Shown in pieces: positions 17,652 through 27,821 of a stretch of 64,000 bases of DNA. Every line of letters starts with the position of its first letter. Positions within the stretch are counted from its first letter, which is position 1. The stretch lies in the sequence record SRR20825006_492, one strand, 5' to 3'. The position numbers and the translations under genes were made by a program. The notes beneath the pieces were generated by a model that had not been told where the DNA came from, did no database searches, and was given only the letters and a program-made list of their open reading frames with translations.

Positions 17652-20339
17652 ATGTATGCATATTTAAAGAAACACACTAAACTTACACTAGTATTTCTAG
17701 GTCTTCTAGTAATGGTAGTAGGGTGTGGGAATAGTGGAACTAGTACTAAAATTCCAATTACTGTAGAAGGAAACATTCCCGGTTCCCCACAGGTTTTTGG
17801 CGTCCCTATCCCGAAAGGCGAATTATTTTCTCCAGATCATGTTCGTGTTCTTGGTTCAGATGGTAAAGAAATTCCATCTCAAATTACTAAAGTAAGCACT
17901 TGGGCACCTGCGGATAATAGCATCAAGTGGATTTGGGTATTTTTCTTTACTGAAGAAGAAAGCAATTATGAAGTAGAGTATGGTAAGTCGGTAATTAATG
18001 CCCGCAACTACGAACAAACTCTTACAGTTCGTAATAACCAAAGGCCGACTGGTGAAGTTATTGTAAATACAGGCCCGCTTAGGTTTACAGTAGAAAAAGG
18101 CGAGGGTGGCGGCTTTGGTAACGCTCCTGCTGGTAGTGGTTTTATGGATAAAGTAGAACTGGACTTGAATGGCGATGGTTTTGGTGATGAAGATATTATT
18201 GCTGTTGGGGAAGCTGGTAGAAGTTCATTCTTAGATCTATTAGATGACGCAGGCTTAGATCGCTCAAAAGCAGTGGTAACTAGAACAGTAAAAGAACTAG
18301 GTACTGGTCCATTATATGCTATTATTAGAGTTGAAGGTGATTATCATTACGGACGTGACGATAATAATATCGCTCCATTTGTTACAAGAATTCATGCCTA
18401 TGCCGGTAAAAGCTATGTAAAGGTTCAGCATTCTTTTGTTTATACAGGTATTCCTGATAAGCATAAAGTGCTTCCTGGTGAATATGAAGTTATTGCTACT
18501 GAGAATGGCGAAACTATGGATGAAAGCATATACGCTAAAGATCCTGGCTTTATGCAACCAAACGACAGAATCGCAGCTACAGGACTATCTTTAAAGTATA
18601 ATATGGCTAAAGATAAAACAGTTACTACTGCATATTATAAAGGCAAATGGTGGAGTGAAGATGGAAGTACTATTGTTCAATCTCCATTAACTGGTAATGC
18701 TTCAGTTTTACAAGTTGGGCCGAATGAATCTCAAATTCCGCCTTTACAAAATTCTTCTCCAGATGAAAGATTGGAAGGTGTTTTTAAGTCAACTGTTACT
18801 ATGAATGGTAATAAAAATGTTGATGCTGAACGTGCACCAGGTTGGTTAGATGTATCTGACAACAAATGGGGCGTTACAGTGGGTTTTAAAAGTTTCTTTG
18901 AAGAATATCCGAAAGAAATAAAAGTAGAAGAGGGCCAGGACAAACTAGTTGCCTATATTTGGACCCCATCTGTAGAGCCAATGAGTTTCGCTAAAAAAGA
19001 CAATAAAAATGATAGCGGAATGATCGGAAACTTTGCTCAAGGCTTAGCAAAGACAACCGAAATGGTGTTCAATTTCCATAAGAAAAGTACAAATGAGCAA
19101 GTTGAGAAAATTGCTAAAAGCTTTATGGATTCTCCAGTAACTCATGCTTCACCAGAATGGTATGCTGAAAGTGAAGCATTCGGTAAAATGACAGAAAGTT
19201 TAGATAAATATGCTACCTACGAGCGTGGCTTAGATTATAAAATGAACTGGATGAAGTTCAACCAAAAATGGGAGCCTTGGTATGGCATGTTAAATTACGG
19301 TGATAATTTAACATACTACTACGGTTACGATTGGTCGCAATGGACAAACAATGAGCCTGGTAACGATTACATGTGGTGGTTACAGTTTATAAGAACTGGT
19401 AACCCAATGTATTTCAAAACGGCACAAGCAGCTAGTATGCATACTATGGATGTAGATAATATCCATTGGCCAAAAACTCCTGTTTACATTGGTGGCACTA
19501 ACGAATCAATTCACGCATTCCAAAATGAAGATATGCCAAAAGGCTCTCCTTATGTAGGAATGGGACGTCGCCATGCTGCTCAACATTACACTTCTTTGTT
19601 AAGTGCTCACGTTTGGGTTCCTGGCTGGATTACTTCTTATTATTTAGATGCTAACCATCGTGGTCTAGAAGTAGCTATGGAAACAGGTGATTATTATGTA
19701 CGCAGAATATTCGGAGATCACGGTTTACGCGGTCGACGTTTATATCTATCTGTTTGGAACTTATCTGAAATCTATGACGCTACTAAATTGGCGAAATATG
19801 GCGATGAGCTAAAAGAACGTGTAGACATTATGCTTGAACTTCAAAATCACCCAGATCAAGGTGGTGAAATTGCAATCAATCGTTATGGATATTCTCAGGT
19901 GTATATAACCAATGGTTTACGTAAGTATTATCAGTTAACTGAAGATGATAGAGCTAAAACAGCTATGATTGATCATGCTCGCAGATTAAGAGACGTTCCA
20001 CCTCTAAATCATGACATGGAATCTTACTTATCATCTATTAGTAGCTTAGTTCTTGGTTACGAGTATTCAGGAGAGAAAAGCTTTTTAGACGAAGCCGTAA
20101 AACGTGCTCAGTATTTAAAAACTGATGAACTTGCTCAAGATTTCGAGTCATATGAGAATCAAAGAATACTTGCAGATGCTTTAGAAGAGTCTAGTCATTT
20201 TCCAAAAGATCCAGGTGCACGTCGCCCGCCGATTTGGCAAATTACAAATGGACTGCGAGTATTTGGTTGGACAAGTATCTATAATGTACCTTATTTAGAA
20301 TATTGGTTGGAAAAGGAAAACTATCCAGCTGACAAGTAA
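17652..20339 (+). CDS. Large lipoprotein, YetA/PcRGLX (PL26 exo-rhamnogalacturonan lyase)-like
   Basis: Lipobox VVGC. Motifs FGVPIPKG, SIKW, VNTGPL, GPLYAIIRVEG, WYGMLNYGD, WTNNE, QFIRTG, HTMDVD, GMGRRH recall the YetA/PcRGLX family (recognised from memory). Confidence 0.6.
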   Translation: MYAYLKKHTKLTLVFLGLLVMVVGCGNSGTSTKIPITVEGNIPGSPQVFGVPIPKGELFSPDHVRVLGSDGKEIPSQITKVSTWAPADNSIKWIWVFFFTEEESNYEVEYGKSVINARNYEQTLTVRNNQRPTGEVIVNTGPLRFTVEKGEGGGFGNAPAGSGFMDKVELDLNGDGFGDEDIIAVGEAGRSSFLDLLDDAGLDRSKAVVTRTVKELGTGPLYAIIRVEGDYHYGRDDNNIAPFVTRIHAYAGKSYVKVQHSFVYTGIPDKHKVLPGEYEVIATENGETMDESIYAKDPGFMQPNDRIAATGLSLKYNMAKDKTVTTAYYKGKWWSEDGSTIVQSPLTGNASVLQVGPNESQIPPLQNSSPDERLEGVFKSTVTMNGNKNVDAERAPGWLDVSDNKWGVTVGFKSFFEEYPKEIKVEEGQDKLVAYIWTPSVEPMSFAKKDNKNDSGMIGNFAQGLAKTTEMVFNFHKKSTNEQVEKIAKSFMDSPVTHASPEWYAESEAFGKMTESLDKYATYERGLDYKMNWMKFNQKWEPWYGMLNYGDNLTYYYGYDWSQWTNNEPGNDYMWWLQFIRTGNPMYFKTAQAASMHTMDVDNIHWPKTPVYIGGTNESIHAFQNEDMPKGSPYVGMGRRHAAQHYTSLLSAHVWVPGWITSYYLDANHRGLEVAMETGDYYVRRIFGDHGLRGRRLYLSVWNLSEIYDATKLAKYGDELKERVDIMLELQNHPDQGGEIAINRYGYSQVYITNGLRKYYQLTEDDRAKTAMIDHARRLRDVPPLNHDMESYLSSISSLVLGYEYSGEKSFLDEAVKRAQYLKTDELAQDFESYENQRILADALEESSHFPKDPGARRPPIWQITNGLRVFGWTSIYNVPYLEYWLEKENYPADK

Positions 20340-20352
20340 TTAATATATTTCT

Positions 20353-21828
20353 ATGGGATCTATGCTAGCTTTTGGTAAGCGCTCAGGTTTTTTTGCTGGG
20401 TTGATTGTATTCATAACGTTATTAATCATTCCAGCTCCTGAGGGCTTGACAGATGCCGCATGGAAAACAGCTGCTGTAACAATTTTAATGGGAATTTGGT
20501 GGATTACTGAAGCCATTCCCATTTCAGCAACAGCGCTGGTTCCTATTGTATTATTTCCGGTTTTAGGGATTTTTAGCATTGGAGATTCAACATCTCCATA
20601 CGCTAACCCTCTTATCTTTCTATTTATGGGTGGTTTTATAATCGCCTTAGCAATGGAAAAGTGGAACCTGCATCGGCGTATTGCAATAACTATTGTTAGT
20701 TTTGTAGGTATAAAACCGTCCTCAATAATTATTGGTTTTATAATTGCTGCTGCGTTTTTAAGTATGTGGGTAAGCAACACCGCTACTGCAATAATGATGT
20801 TGCCTATAGCAATGTCTATTCTAGATCTTATTGATAGAGAAGAAGGTAGTAGTAAGATTAATTTCGAAATTGCACTTATTCTAAGTATCGCTTATGCTTG
20901 TAATATCGGTGGGATGGGAACCTTAATTGGAACACCTCCAAACGCGTTACTCGCTGGCTTTGTACTTGAAAATTATGGCATCGAAATTGGCTTTTTTGAT
21001 TGGATGATGGTTGGCGTTCCTATAATGCTTATATCACTTCCTGTAATGTATTTGGTACTCACTAAAATTGTATACCCTGTAAAACTTAAAGTTTTACCAG
21101 GCGGTGAAGATTTAATTCGCAATCAGCTTAAAGAACTTGGTAGTATTACCTCTCAAGAAAAGAAAGTAGCTTTTGTATTCGTATCAGCAGCCTTAATGTG
21201 GATTTTTAGACCTTTACTGGCCGATTTCCTCCCTGGACTTTCTGATGCTGGTATTGCAATCGGAGCCGCTGTTATTTTCTTCATGATTCCTGCTAATAAA
21301 GAAGAAAATACATTTCTCTTGAAATGGTCTGATACAAAGAAATTACCATGGGGAGTTCTTATTCTCTTTGGTGGTGGTTTAAGTATGGCCTCAGCAATTA
21401 GTAAAACAGGACTAGCCACATGGATTGGCTCCGGAATCGGAAGTTTAAATACATGGCCAATTCTATTACTCATTTTAATTGTTATAGCACTTATCGTTTT
21501 CTTAACGGAAATGACGAGTAACACTGCTTCAACTGCAGCATTTTTGCCAATATTGGCATCTGTAGCAATCGGCTTAGGTGAGAATCCTTTATTATTTGCA
21601 ATTCCAACAGTGCTAGGTGCAAGTTGTGCGTTTATGCTTCCTGTTGCAACGCCTCCAAATGCTATCGTTTATGGAAGTGGTAAAATTACCATTCCAGAAA
21701 TGTCTAAAGCAGGGTTGTGGCTCAATCTGGTGTTTATTGTAATACTAACAGCAGCGTCTTACACGCTCATAAGTTGGGTATTCGGAATCGAGCTTGGCGT
21801 ACTTCCTGAATGGGCTAAGCTAGGATAA
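20353..21828 (+). CDS. DASS/SLC13 sodium-coupled anion (dicarboxylate/sulfate) permease
   Basis: WWITEAIP, LSMWVSNTAT, IGTPPN, LTEMTSNTA, AFMLPVATPPNAIV. Confidence 0.92.
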   Translation: MGSMLAFGKRSGFFAGLIVFITLLIIPAPEGLTDAAWKTAAVTILMGIWWITEAIPISATALVPIVLFPVLGIFSIGDSTSPYANPLIFLFMGGFIIALAMEKWNLHRRIAITIVSFVGIKPSSIIIGFIIAAAFLSMWVSNTATAIMMLPIAMSILDLIDREEGSSKINFEIALILSIAYACNIGGMGTLIGTPPNALLAGFVLENYGIEIGFFDWMMVGVPIMLISLPVMYLVLTKIVYPVKLKVLPGGEDLIRNQLKELGSITSQEKKVAFVFVSAALMWIFRPLLADFLPGLSDAGIAIGAAVIFFMIPANKEENTFLLKWSDTKKLPWGVLILFGGGLSMASAISKTGLATWIGSGIGSLNTWPILLLILIVIALIVFLTEMTSNTASTAAFLPILASVAIGLGENPLLFAIPTVLGASCAFMLPVATPPNAIVYGSGKITIPEMSKAGLWLNLVFIVILTAASYTLISWVFGIELGVLPEWAKLG

Positions 21829-21847
21829 TAGAATAATTAGAAACGAC

Positions 21848-22510
21848 TTAACGTAAAGGGTTGATAAGTATGAAGCTTTCAACCCCTTCGTTTAATAATA
21901 AGTCTAACACCGAGCAATTTGGTTGAAAACCAGAATAAGCTTGTTTGTAGATTGGATGTGTAATCAAGGCTGACTCTGCTTTTCTGCTCTGCCGTTGATA
22001 GTTTTTGGATTGATGTTCCAAATAAAGTTTTTCGTATCCTAAATTTTCCGCACACTCATCAGGAAAAGTACTATACCCCTTAACATTACTCGCTAGCTCA
22101 AAAGATATCTCTAATTCTAGATAACGTAGTATTCTCTCAAAAAAGTAAATATTGAAATCTAGCAATTTCTCAAATTCGTTAACCATTTGGATGTCATGGC
22201 GAATTTCATCTTCAAAATAATCGAAGTAAGTGGCGTTCTTATAGTTATGCGCTATAGCATTCCAAAATGGATCAAACCAACGTTGTGAATGATCTAAACG
22301 CACATCTTTAATCGCCTTTTTCCTATCCCCACTTAAAATGGGCAAATTTAGCCATTGAGTATCACCATCGGCACATATTTCAGCGCGATGCGTACGTCCT
22401 TTTCGCGACCATTTCTCTACATCTTGCAGAATAACACGGTCTGCTTTAAGCATAGAAGCAAGGTCGTAAAGATTAGGGGCAAATTGAGGTGTTAAGAGCG
22501 CTAATTTCAC
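21848..22510 (-). CDS. WbqC-like family protein
   Basis: RTHRAEI, WLNLPI, NYKNATYFDYF, YKQAYSGFQPNCSVLDLLLNEG. Confidence 0.8.
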   Translation of the reverse strand: MKLALLTPQFAPNLYDLASMLKADRVILQDVEKWSRKGRTHRAEICADGDTQWLNLPILSGDRKKAIKDVRLDHSQRWFDPFWNAIAHNYKNATYFDYFEDEIRHDIQMVNEFEKLLDFNIYFFERILRYLELEISFELASNVKGYSTFPDECAENLGYEKLYLEHQSKNYQRQSRKAESALITHPIYKQAYSGFQPNCSVLDLLLNEGVESFILINPLR

Positions 22511-22654
22511 TATATCAGGTTGAGGTAAATGAAGTGGAAGAATTATAAGTGCGATTTGAAAATAAGAACATAAGAAAATTCATAATCCAAAATTCGCCCT
22601 TTAAAATTTCTTATCTTACCATTCTTAAATTTACAATCACAAAAAGTAATATAC

Positions 22655-24136
22655 ATGAGCGTTCGCGTACGTTTTGCTCCATCCCCAACTGGATTTTTAC
22701 ACATCGGCGGTCTCCGTACTGCCCTTTATAATTATTTATTCGCCCGCCATCATGGTGGAACTTTTGTTCTTCGTATTGAAGATACCGACCAAAACAGGTA
22801 TGTAGAAGATGCAGAGCAGGATATTATAGATTCTCTAGAGTGGGCAGGAATGACCATTGACGAAGGTCCAAAAAACCCTGGTAAGTTTGGTCCGTACCGC
22901 CAAAGTGAGCGTAAAGAAATGTACTTAGGTTACGCACAGCAGTTGATTGAAAGTGGAAATGCGTATTACGCTTTTGATACTCCTGAAGAAATTGACGAAA
23001 TGCGTGAGCGTTTAAAGGCTTCTGGGAATCCTTCTCCAAGCTACGATTCTATTACACGCCAATCGATGAAAAATAGCCTCACACTTCCTCAAGAAGAGAC
23101 TGAGCGCAGACTTGAAGCTGGCGATGATTATGTTATTCGTTTGAAAGTGCCTCGCAGAGAAACCGTGAAGTTTGAAGATTTAGTGCGCGGGATTGTTTCT
23201 TTTGAAACTGCAGGGCTTGATGACCAAGTGTTGATGAAGTCTGACGGAATGCCAACCTATCACCTCGCAAACGTAGTTGATGACCACACGATGGAAATTA
23301 CTCACGTAATTCGCGGTGAGGAGTGGTTAAGTTCAACCCCAAAGCATTTGTTGTTGTATAAAGCATTTGGCTGGGAAGCACCAACAATGGCACATTTACC
23401 GCTTATTATGTCGCCAACGGGTGGGAAACTGTCTAAGCGTAAAGCTGAGACCGAAGGCATCCCTGTAAATACAAAAGATTACATTGCTGGAAATTATGAG
23501 CCGGAAGCTTTGGTGAATTTCTTGGCGTATATGGGTTGGAGTCCTGGCGACGATTCTGAAATCCATAGTGTAGAAGAAATGTGTAAACTGTTTACACTCG
23601 ATAGAGTGAGTAAAGGCGGAGCAGTGTTCAACTTCAAGAAGTTGATGTGGTACAACGAACACTACATACGTGCAACGGCAGTTGCTGATTTATTGCCAAG
23701 AGTGAAAGCCTCTGCTGAAGCTGCAAATTACGATACTAAAAGCGACGAGTATTTAACTCAAGTTATCGAACTCATTCACGAACGTGTTTCTAAAGTGGAT
23801 GAATTTGTAAGCATGGGCGCTTTCTTTTTTGAAGCTCCTAAAGAGTACGATGCAAATGCGCTTAAGAAGTGGAAAGATGACAGTGCGCCTTTAGTAACTG
23901 CCTACAGAGCAAAAATTGAGTCATTAAGCGCAGATGAGTTTGTAGCAGCAACGCTTAAAACTAAACTAGAAGAAACCGTTGCCGAAAATGAAGTTGGTTT
24001 TGGTAAGCTGATGATGCCACTTCGTATTGCCACAACAGGACAAGGTTTCGGACCTGATTTATTTGCTTCGCTAGAAATGCTAGGGAAGGAAGAGGTATTG
24101 GAAAGAATAGCCGTTTGCTTAGAAAAGTTAAGCTAG
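22655..24136 (+). CDS. gltX: Glutamate--tRNA ligase
   Basis: RFAPSPTGFLHIGG, LRIEDTD, THVIRGEEW, KLSKR. Confidence 0.97.
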   Translation: MSVRVRFAPSPTGFLHIGGLRTALYNYLFARHHGGTFVLRIEDTDQNRYVEDAEQDIIDSLEWAGMTIDEGPKNPGKFGPYRQSERKEMYLGYAQQLIESGNAYYAFDTPEEIDEMRERLKASGNPSPSYDSITRQSMKNSLTLPQEETERRLEAGDDYVIRLKVPRRETVKFEDLVRGIVSFETAGLDDQVLMKSDGMPTYHLANVVDDHTMEITHVIRGEEWLSSTPKHLLLYKAFGWEAPTMAHLPLIMSPTGGKLSKRKAETEGIPVNTKDYIAGNYEPEALVNFLAYMGWSPGDDSEIHSVEEMCKLFTLDRVSKGGAVFNFKKLMWYNEHYIRATAVADLLPRVKASAEAANYDTKSDEYLTQVIELIHERVSKVDEFVSMGAFFFEAPKEYDANALKKWKDDSAPLVTAYRAKIESLSADEFVAATLKTKLEETVAENEVGFGKLMMPLRIATTGQGFGPDLFASLEMLGKEEVLERIAVCLEKLS

Positions 24137-24163
24137 GCGTTTGATACCAAAACTCTATTTCAC

Positions 24164-24201
24164 AAAAAAAGCTTTCGATTAATAACCGAAAGCTTTTTTT
24201 T
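24164..24201. terminator. Bidirectional intrinsic terminator between gltX and M14 peptidase
   Basis: A-tract, GCTTTCG-loop-CGAAAGC, T-tract between convergent genes. Confidence 0.85.
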
Positions 24202-24221
24202 ATGCTTGAAATATGAAGGAT

Positions 24222-25958
24222 TTATTTCTTCTTAGAAACTAAGCCACCTTTCTGGCTGTCTACTTTAACCGTGTAGTTATTTCCACCGCTGATAATCCAT
24301 CGAACAGTTACAGAACTCATTCCTGGGATGTTATCAACTTCAAGACGTGCAGGACGGTTCTTTTGTTCTGTAGTCTGGTTTAAATCACGATTTGTAACAA
24401 TCATACCCGCTTCTACCGTAGCGCCTTCTAGGCTAATGATATCTGGAGGCATAATGCGATTTTTCACATCAATACTTGCGTGTGTTGGCATTAAGCGCTC
24501 GTTGGTGATAACAGCTGTAACTTCACGTAATCCTCCACCTAAATTTCGTTCGGAAACCTCGTCAATAGTGAGTTTAGGAGTTTGGTATAAATGGTAGATG
24601 GTAAATGCCATATTACGATGTGCACCTTGTTCTAACAAAAATCCAGGATGAGCTCGCCCAAAGTTCTTTTCAAATCCACCAATTTCGATTTCGCCGTATT
24701 GTGGATGGTTGTATGATTTCCATTCTACCATGGCATCACCAAATAGAAGGTGTTTGTTGAATTCATAAGAATCTGTGGCAGAGCGTTCTTTGCTCTGGAA
24801 CATTTCATAACTGGTCCATAACTCGTTTGAGTAAGTGAATACGCCACGTACTCCGTAGAACCAATCTAGTTCGCCACCAAATACATCATACAAATCAGCA
24901 TAAACGATCATGTATCGGTAACCTGGGAGTAGTCGCTCTCCAACTTCACCAATAGCATCGTAAACTCGGGAATCTTCTCGCGTATACGTTGCTTTGTCTT
25001 CCTCTACACCTGGTCCACGAAGAATCATTCCGCCCGAGTTATGATAGCTTTGAGCAGCTGCTATATTTGGTCGGCTCATTACAAAATCTAATACTGCACG
25101 AGATTCTGGCAATGAAAATGGATATTTATGCGCTCCACGTTGAATGTGATTTGGTTGCCAATTCCAGCCCCAATCCCGATTCGGATCGTAGTTTCCAACG
25201 CGATCTTCGTTTATGCGACCATCATTGTCGTTGTCGATTCCTTCAGAACCAAGTAGTTCGTAATCTCCAAACTCACCATCAGGGACACGAACCATCATGT
25301 TTGGATAAGTTGGATGAATTTTATAATTGCCACGAGGATTTTTACGACGCATTTGTGTGATGCTTCCATTGCCATCAAGGTCATCGGGCTGATCTTCATC
25401 AACGAGGCCATCGCCGTCATCATCAATTGGTTTTAATCCTGAGCGAGGAGAACTGGCGTTATTTGGCTCAGTCATAAAATGCTCACGAGCATCAGGGTTA
25501 ATAGTAGGCACAATGTAGAGTGTTTTGTCATTCAACAGCTCTGTAATGAACTTTACATCGCCAAAAGATTCCGTCAAATACCAAGCAGTATACATCGCCA
25601 TTTCGGTTCCCTGAATCTCATTGGAATGAATATTTCCATCAATATAAATTGCAGGCTTACGAGCTGGATCACCATTCTTGAAATTAGAAACCGTCAGCAT
25701 CCAAATGTCTTTACCTTCGTAAGACTTGCCGATGGAAGTTCTCTTAGCAAGATTGGGATATGCTTTTGCGATACGCTCAGTAAGCTCGCTAATCCCATCA
25801 TAGTTGTAATAATGATTCCAAGTAGCTTCTACTTTAGGGTTTGCAGGAGTTCCAGCTGCAGGAAAAACGCCCTCAGTTAGCTGTGCTTTTACTAGATTTG
25901 AAGTCGTCATCAAACCAAAAATAAAAGCCGTAATTAGGATATGTTTAATAGTTTTCAT
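24222..25958 (-). CDS. Secreted M14 zinc carboxypeptidase-like protein (catalytic motifs intact)
   Basis: GNIHSNE (HxxE), PTINPD, NRDW, SYHNSG, SNEL; DxDxDG repeats; signal peptide. Confidence 0.88.
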   Translation of the reverse strand: MKTIKHILITAFIFGLMTTSNLVKAQLTEGVFPAAGTPANPKVEATWNHYYNYDGISELTERIAKAYPNLAKRTSIGKSYEGKDIWMLTVSNFKNGDPARKPAIYIDGNIHSNEIQGTEMAMYTAWYLTESFGDVKFITELLNDKTLYIVPTINPDAREHFMTEPNNASSPRSGLKPIDDDGDGLVDEDQPDDLDGNGSITQMRRKNPRGNYKIHPTYPNMMVRVPDGEFGDYELLGSEGIDNDNDGRINEDRVGNYDPNRDWGWNWQPNHIQRGAHKYPFSLPESRAVLDFVMSRPNIAAAQSYHNSGGMILRGPGVEEDKATYTREDSRVYDAIGEVGERLLPGYRYMIVYADLYDVFGGELDWFYGVRGVFTYSNELWTSYEMFQSKERSATDSYEFNKHLLFGDAMVEWKSYNHPQYGEIEIGGFEKNFGRAHPGFLLEQGAHRNMAFTIYHLYQTPKLTIDEVSERNLGGGLREVTAVITNERLMPTHASIDVKNRIMPPDIISLEGATVEAGMIVTNRDLNQTTEQKNRPARLEVDNIPGMSSVTVRWIISGGNNYTVKVDSQKGGLVSKKK

Positions 25959-25965
25959 AATTCGA

Positions 25966-27630
25966 TTACTTAATGGTTTGTTCTTTGGTTACAAATCCGG
26001 TCATTGGTGAACCTGATTTTACCGTTATTTTTCCAGAGCCTTGAACAAGCCAAGTTTTAGTTACATATCCATCACCAGGGATTGAGCGTTCAAAACTTTG
26101 AATCTCGCCACTTAATAGATTCATTCCTTTATCTAGTTGTAACTGAGTGATTACTTTGCGAACCCAATTGTTTCTAACTCCAAGGTCAGAAGCGGTAGGT
26201 AAGCTTCCATCATTATAAACATCAACAGTAATGCGAGTTAGGTTTTTCCCAGCCTTTTCAGATTTGAAATTCACAAGCTTAACACTCGGCTTCATCGAAG
26301 CAAGTTCAAGTATGAAGTCGGAGTGGCTTTGCGCTAATGAATCAAGAATTTCTGAAGGAGGAGTATGCATGGTGAATGGTTTTAAACCACCAACTTCTAC
26401 TTTTTGGTTTGGGAAATCGGGGTGCTTAACCTCGGTCCAATCTACAAACACATCATGTCCTTCCTTTTCTGCCCAAGCTAAATACTGAGCCTCATCATTA
26501 TCGAATTTTTTAGTTTTTCCATCTTCGCCTTTAACTTCTGGTGTCCACCAAGCAGGAGTACTAAAACTATAGCGGCCATAATGGAAGTAAGCCCATTGAA
26601 AAAGATCACCTTGTTGAGGATCACCTGAAGGAGCTTTTCCTAAATTTGTTTTCTTATTATAAAGTTCAGAAACCATAGTGTTTACGTCGATATCATCCGA
26701 AAGCCAACCTGAAACAACTCTCTTAGAAGCCGCACCACGATTGAATTTAAGTGGACTAGATAGGTTGTTCTCTGGACCAAAAGAAATTACAGCAAAGGTA
26801 TTACGTGCTTCTTCAAACAGAAAGTCGAGAACGCCACGTGTCTCATTTTCAGAAACAGGGTTTTCGCTCGATCCAGACTTGAAATATGGAAAATCGTACG
26901 AGAAGTTTTGATTAATATTAACGCCACCCTCACCATCTTCGTTGAACTTGCCGTCTTTATCGTTATCTAAGCCTTCAGTAAAAATTTTGTAACGGCCTTT
27001 TTCGCCATTACTAATATCCGCTTTTGCCATAACTCTGGCGTCGTCTTTGTGGGCCGTAAAGTTTCCAGTTTGGTCTTCAACTCGCATCATGGTAATGAGT
27101 TTGTCGCCATTCAAGTCATCGAAACCGTCTTCGTCAAAAAAGCCATCTCTATCGGCATCCGTAGAAATCATGTTACCGTCACGCTCATACTTTATAGAAG
27201 CAAAATATTGAGTAGAGGCATCTGGATTGATTTGAGGAAATACATAAAAAGTGGTTGAAGCTAAAAGAGCTTTAGTCTCTTCAGTATTCGCTTTTGATAG
27301 AAGTTGCTCTGCGAACCTTAACGTTAGCTCACTTCCTACAATATGAGAAGCTTTTGCGCCTCCTAGAACTGCAATTGCTGGATGATTTTGGACATCACCT
27401 GAACCAATGGTGAGCACCCAAACATCTTTTCCACCTTTTGTTTTAGCTACTGATTTGAGCTCAGTAATATTTTTATGCGCGTTATTCAAAGCTTTCATCT
27501 TAGCTGTAATCTCTGAATAAGAGCGATAGTCAGTATTATTTTGAGCTTGTACATTAATTGAAACCGAAAGGAGGCTCACTAAACAGAACAAACTCAAAAT
27601 TTTGACGGATATATTCATTGTTGAATCCAT
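25966..27630 (-). CDS. Secreted M14-fold protein with degenerate zinc ligands
   Basis: Colinear paralogue of the neighbour (PQINPD, DADRDG, DNDKDG, HPDFPNQKVEVGG) but has GGAKASH, NQNF and SFGPE at the catalytic positions. Confidence 0.8.
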   Translation of the reverse strand: MDSTMNISVKILSLFCLVSLLSVSINVQAQNNTDYRSYSEITAKMKALNNAHKNITELKSVAKTKGGKDVWVLTIGSGDVQNHPAIAVLGGAKASHIVGSELTLRFAEQLLSKANTEETKALLASTTFYVFPQINPDASTQYFASIKYERDGNMISTDADRDGFFDEDGFDDLNGDKLITMMRVEDQTGNFTAHKDDARVMAKADISNGEKGRYKIFTEGLDNDKDGKFNEDGEGGVNINQNFSYDFPYFKSGSSENPVSENETRGVLDFLFEEARNTFAVISFGPENNLSSPLKFNRGAASKRVVSGWLSDDIDVNTMVSELYNKKTNLGKAPSGDPQQGDLFQWAYFHYGRYSFSTPAWWTPEVKGEDGKTKKFDNDEAQYLAWAEKEGHDVFVDWTEVKHPDFPNQKVEVGGLKPFTMHTPPSEILDSLAQSHSDFILELASMKPSVKLVNFKSEKAGKNLTRITVDVYNDGSLPTASDLGVRNNWVRKVITQLQLDKGMNLLSGEIQSFERSIPGDGYVTKTWLVQGSGKITVKSGSPMTGFVTKEQTIK

Positions 27631-27821
27631 TTAAATTTTAAGATGATAGAAAGTCTCTACTTAGAAGAGCATTTCAAAATTGTAGCTGTAAAAAGATTAT
27701 AAGCGAATCAGAAGAAATGGGTAAAAAATGAGTAAATAAATAATCACATATGGAAATTAACAGCGATATCTTTTATCGTGACGAATTAAATAGTTCAAAG
27801 CATAAGTTAGGTTAGATAAGA

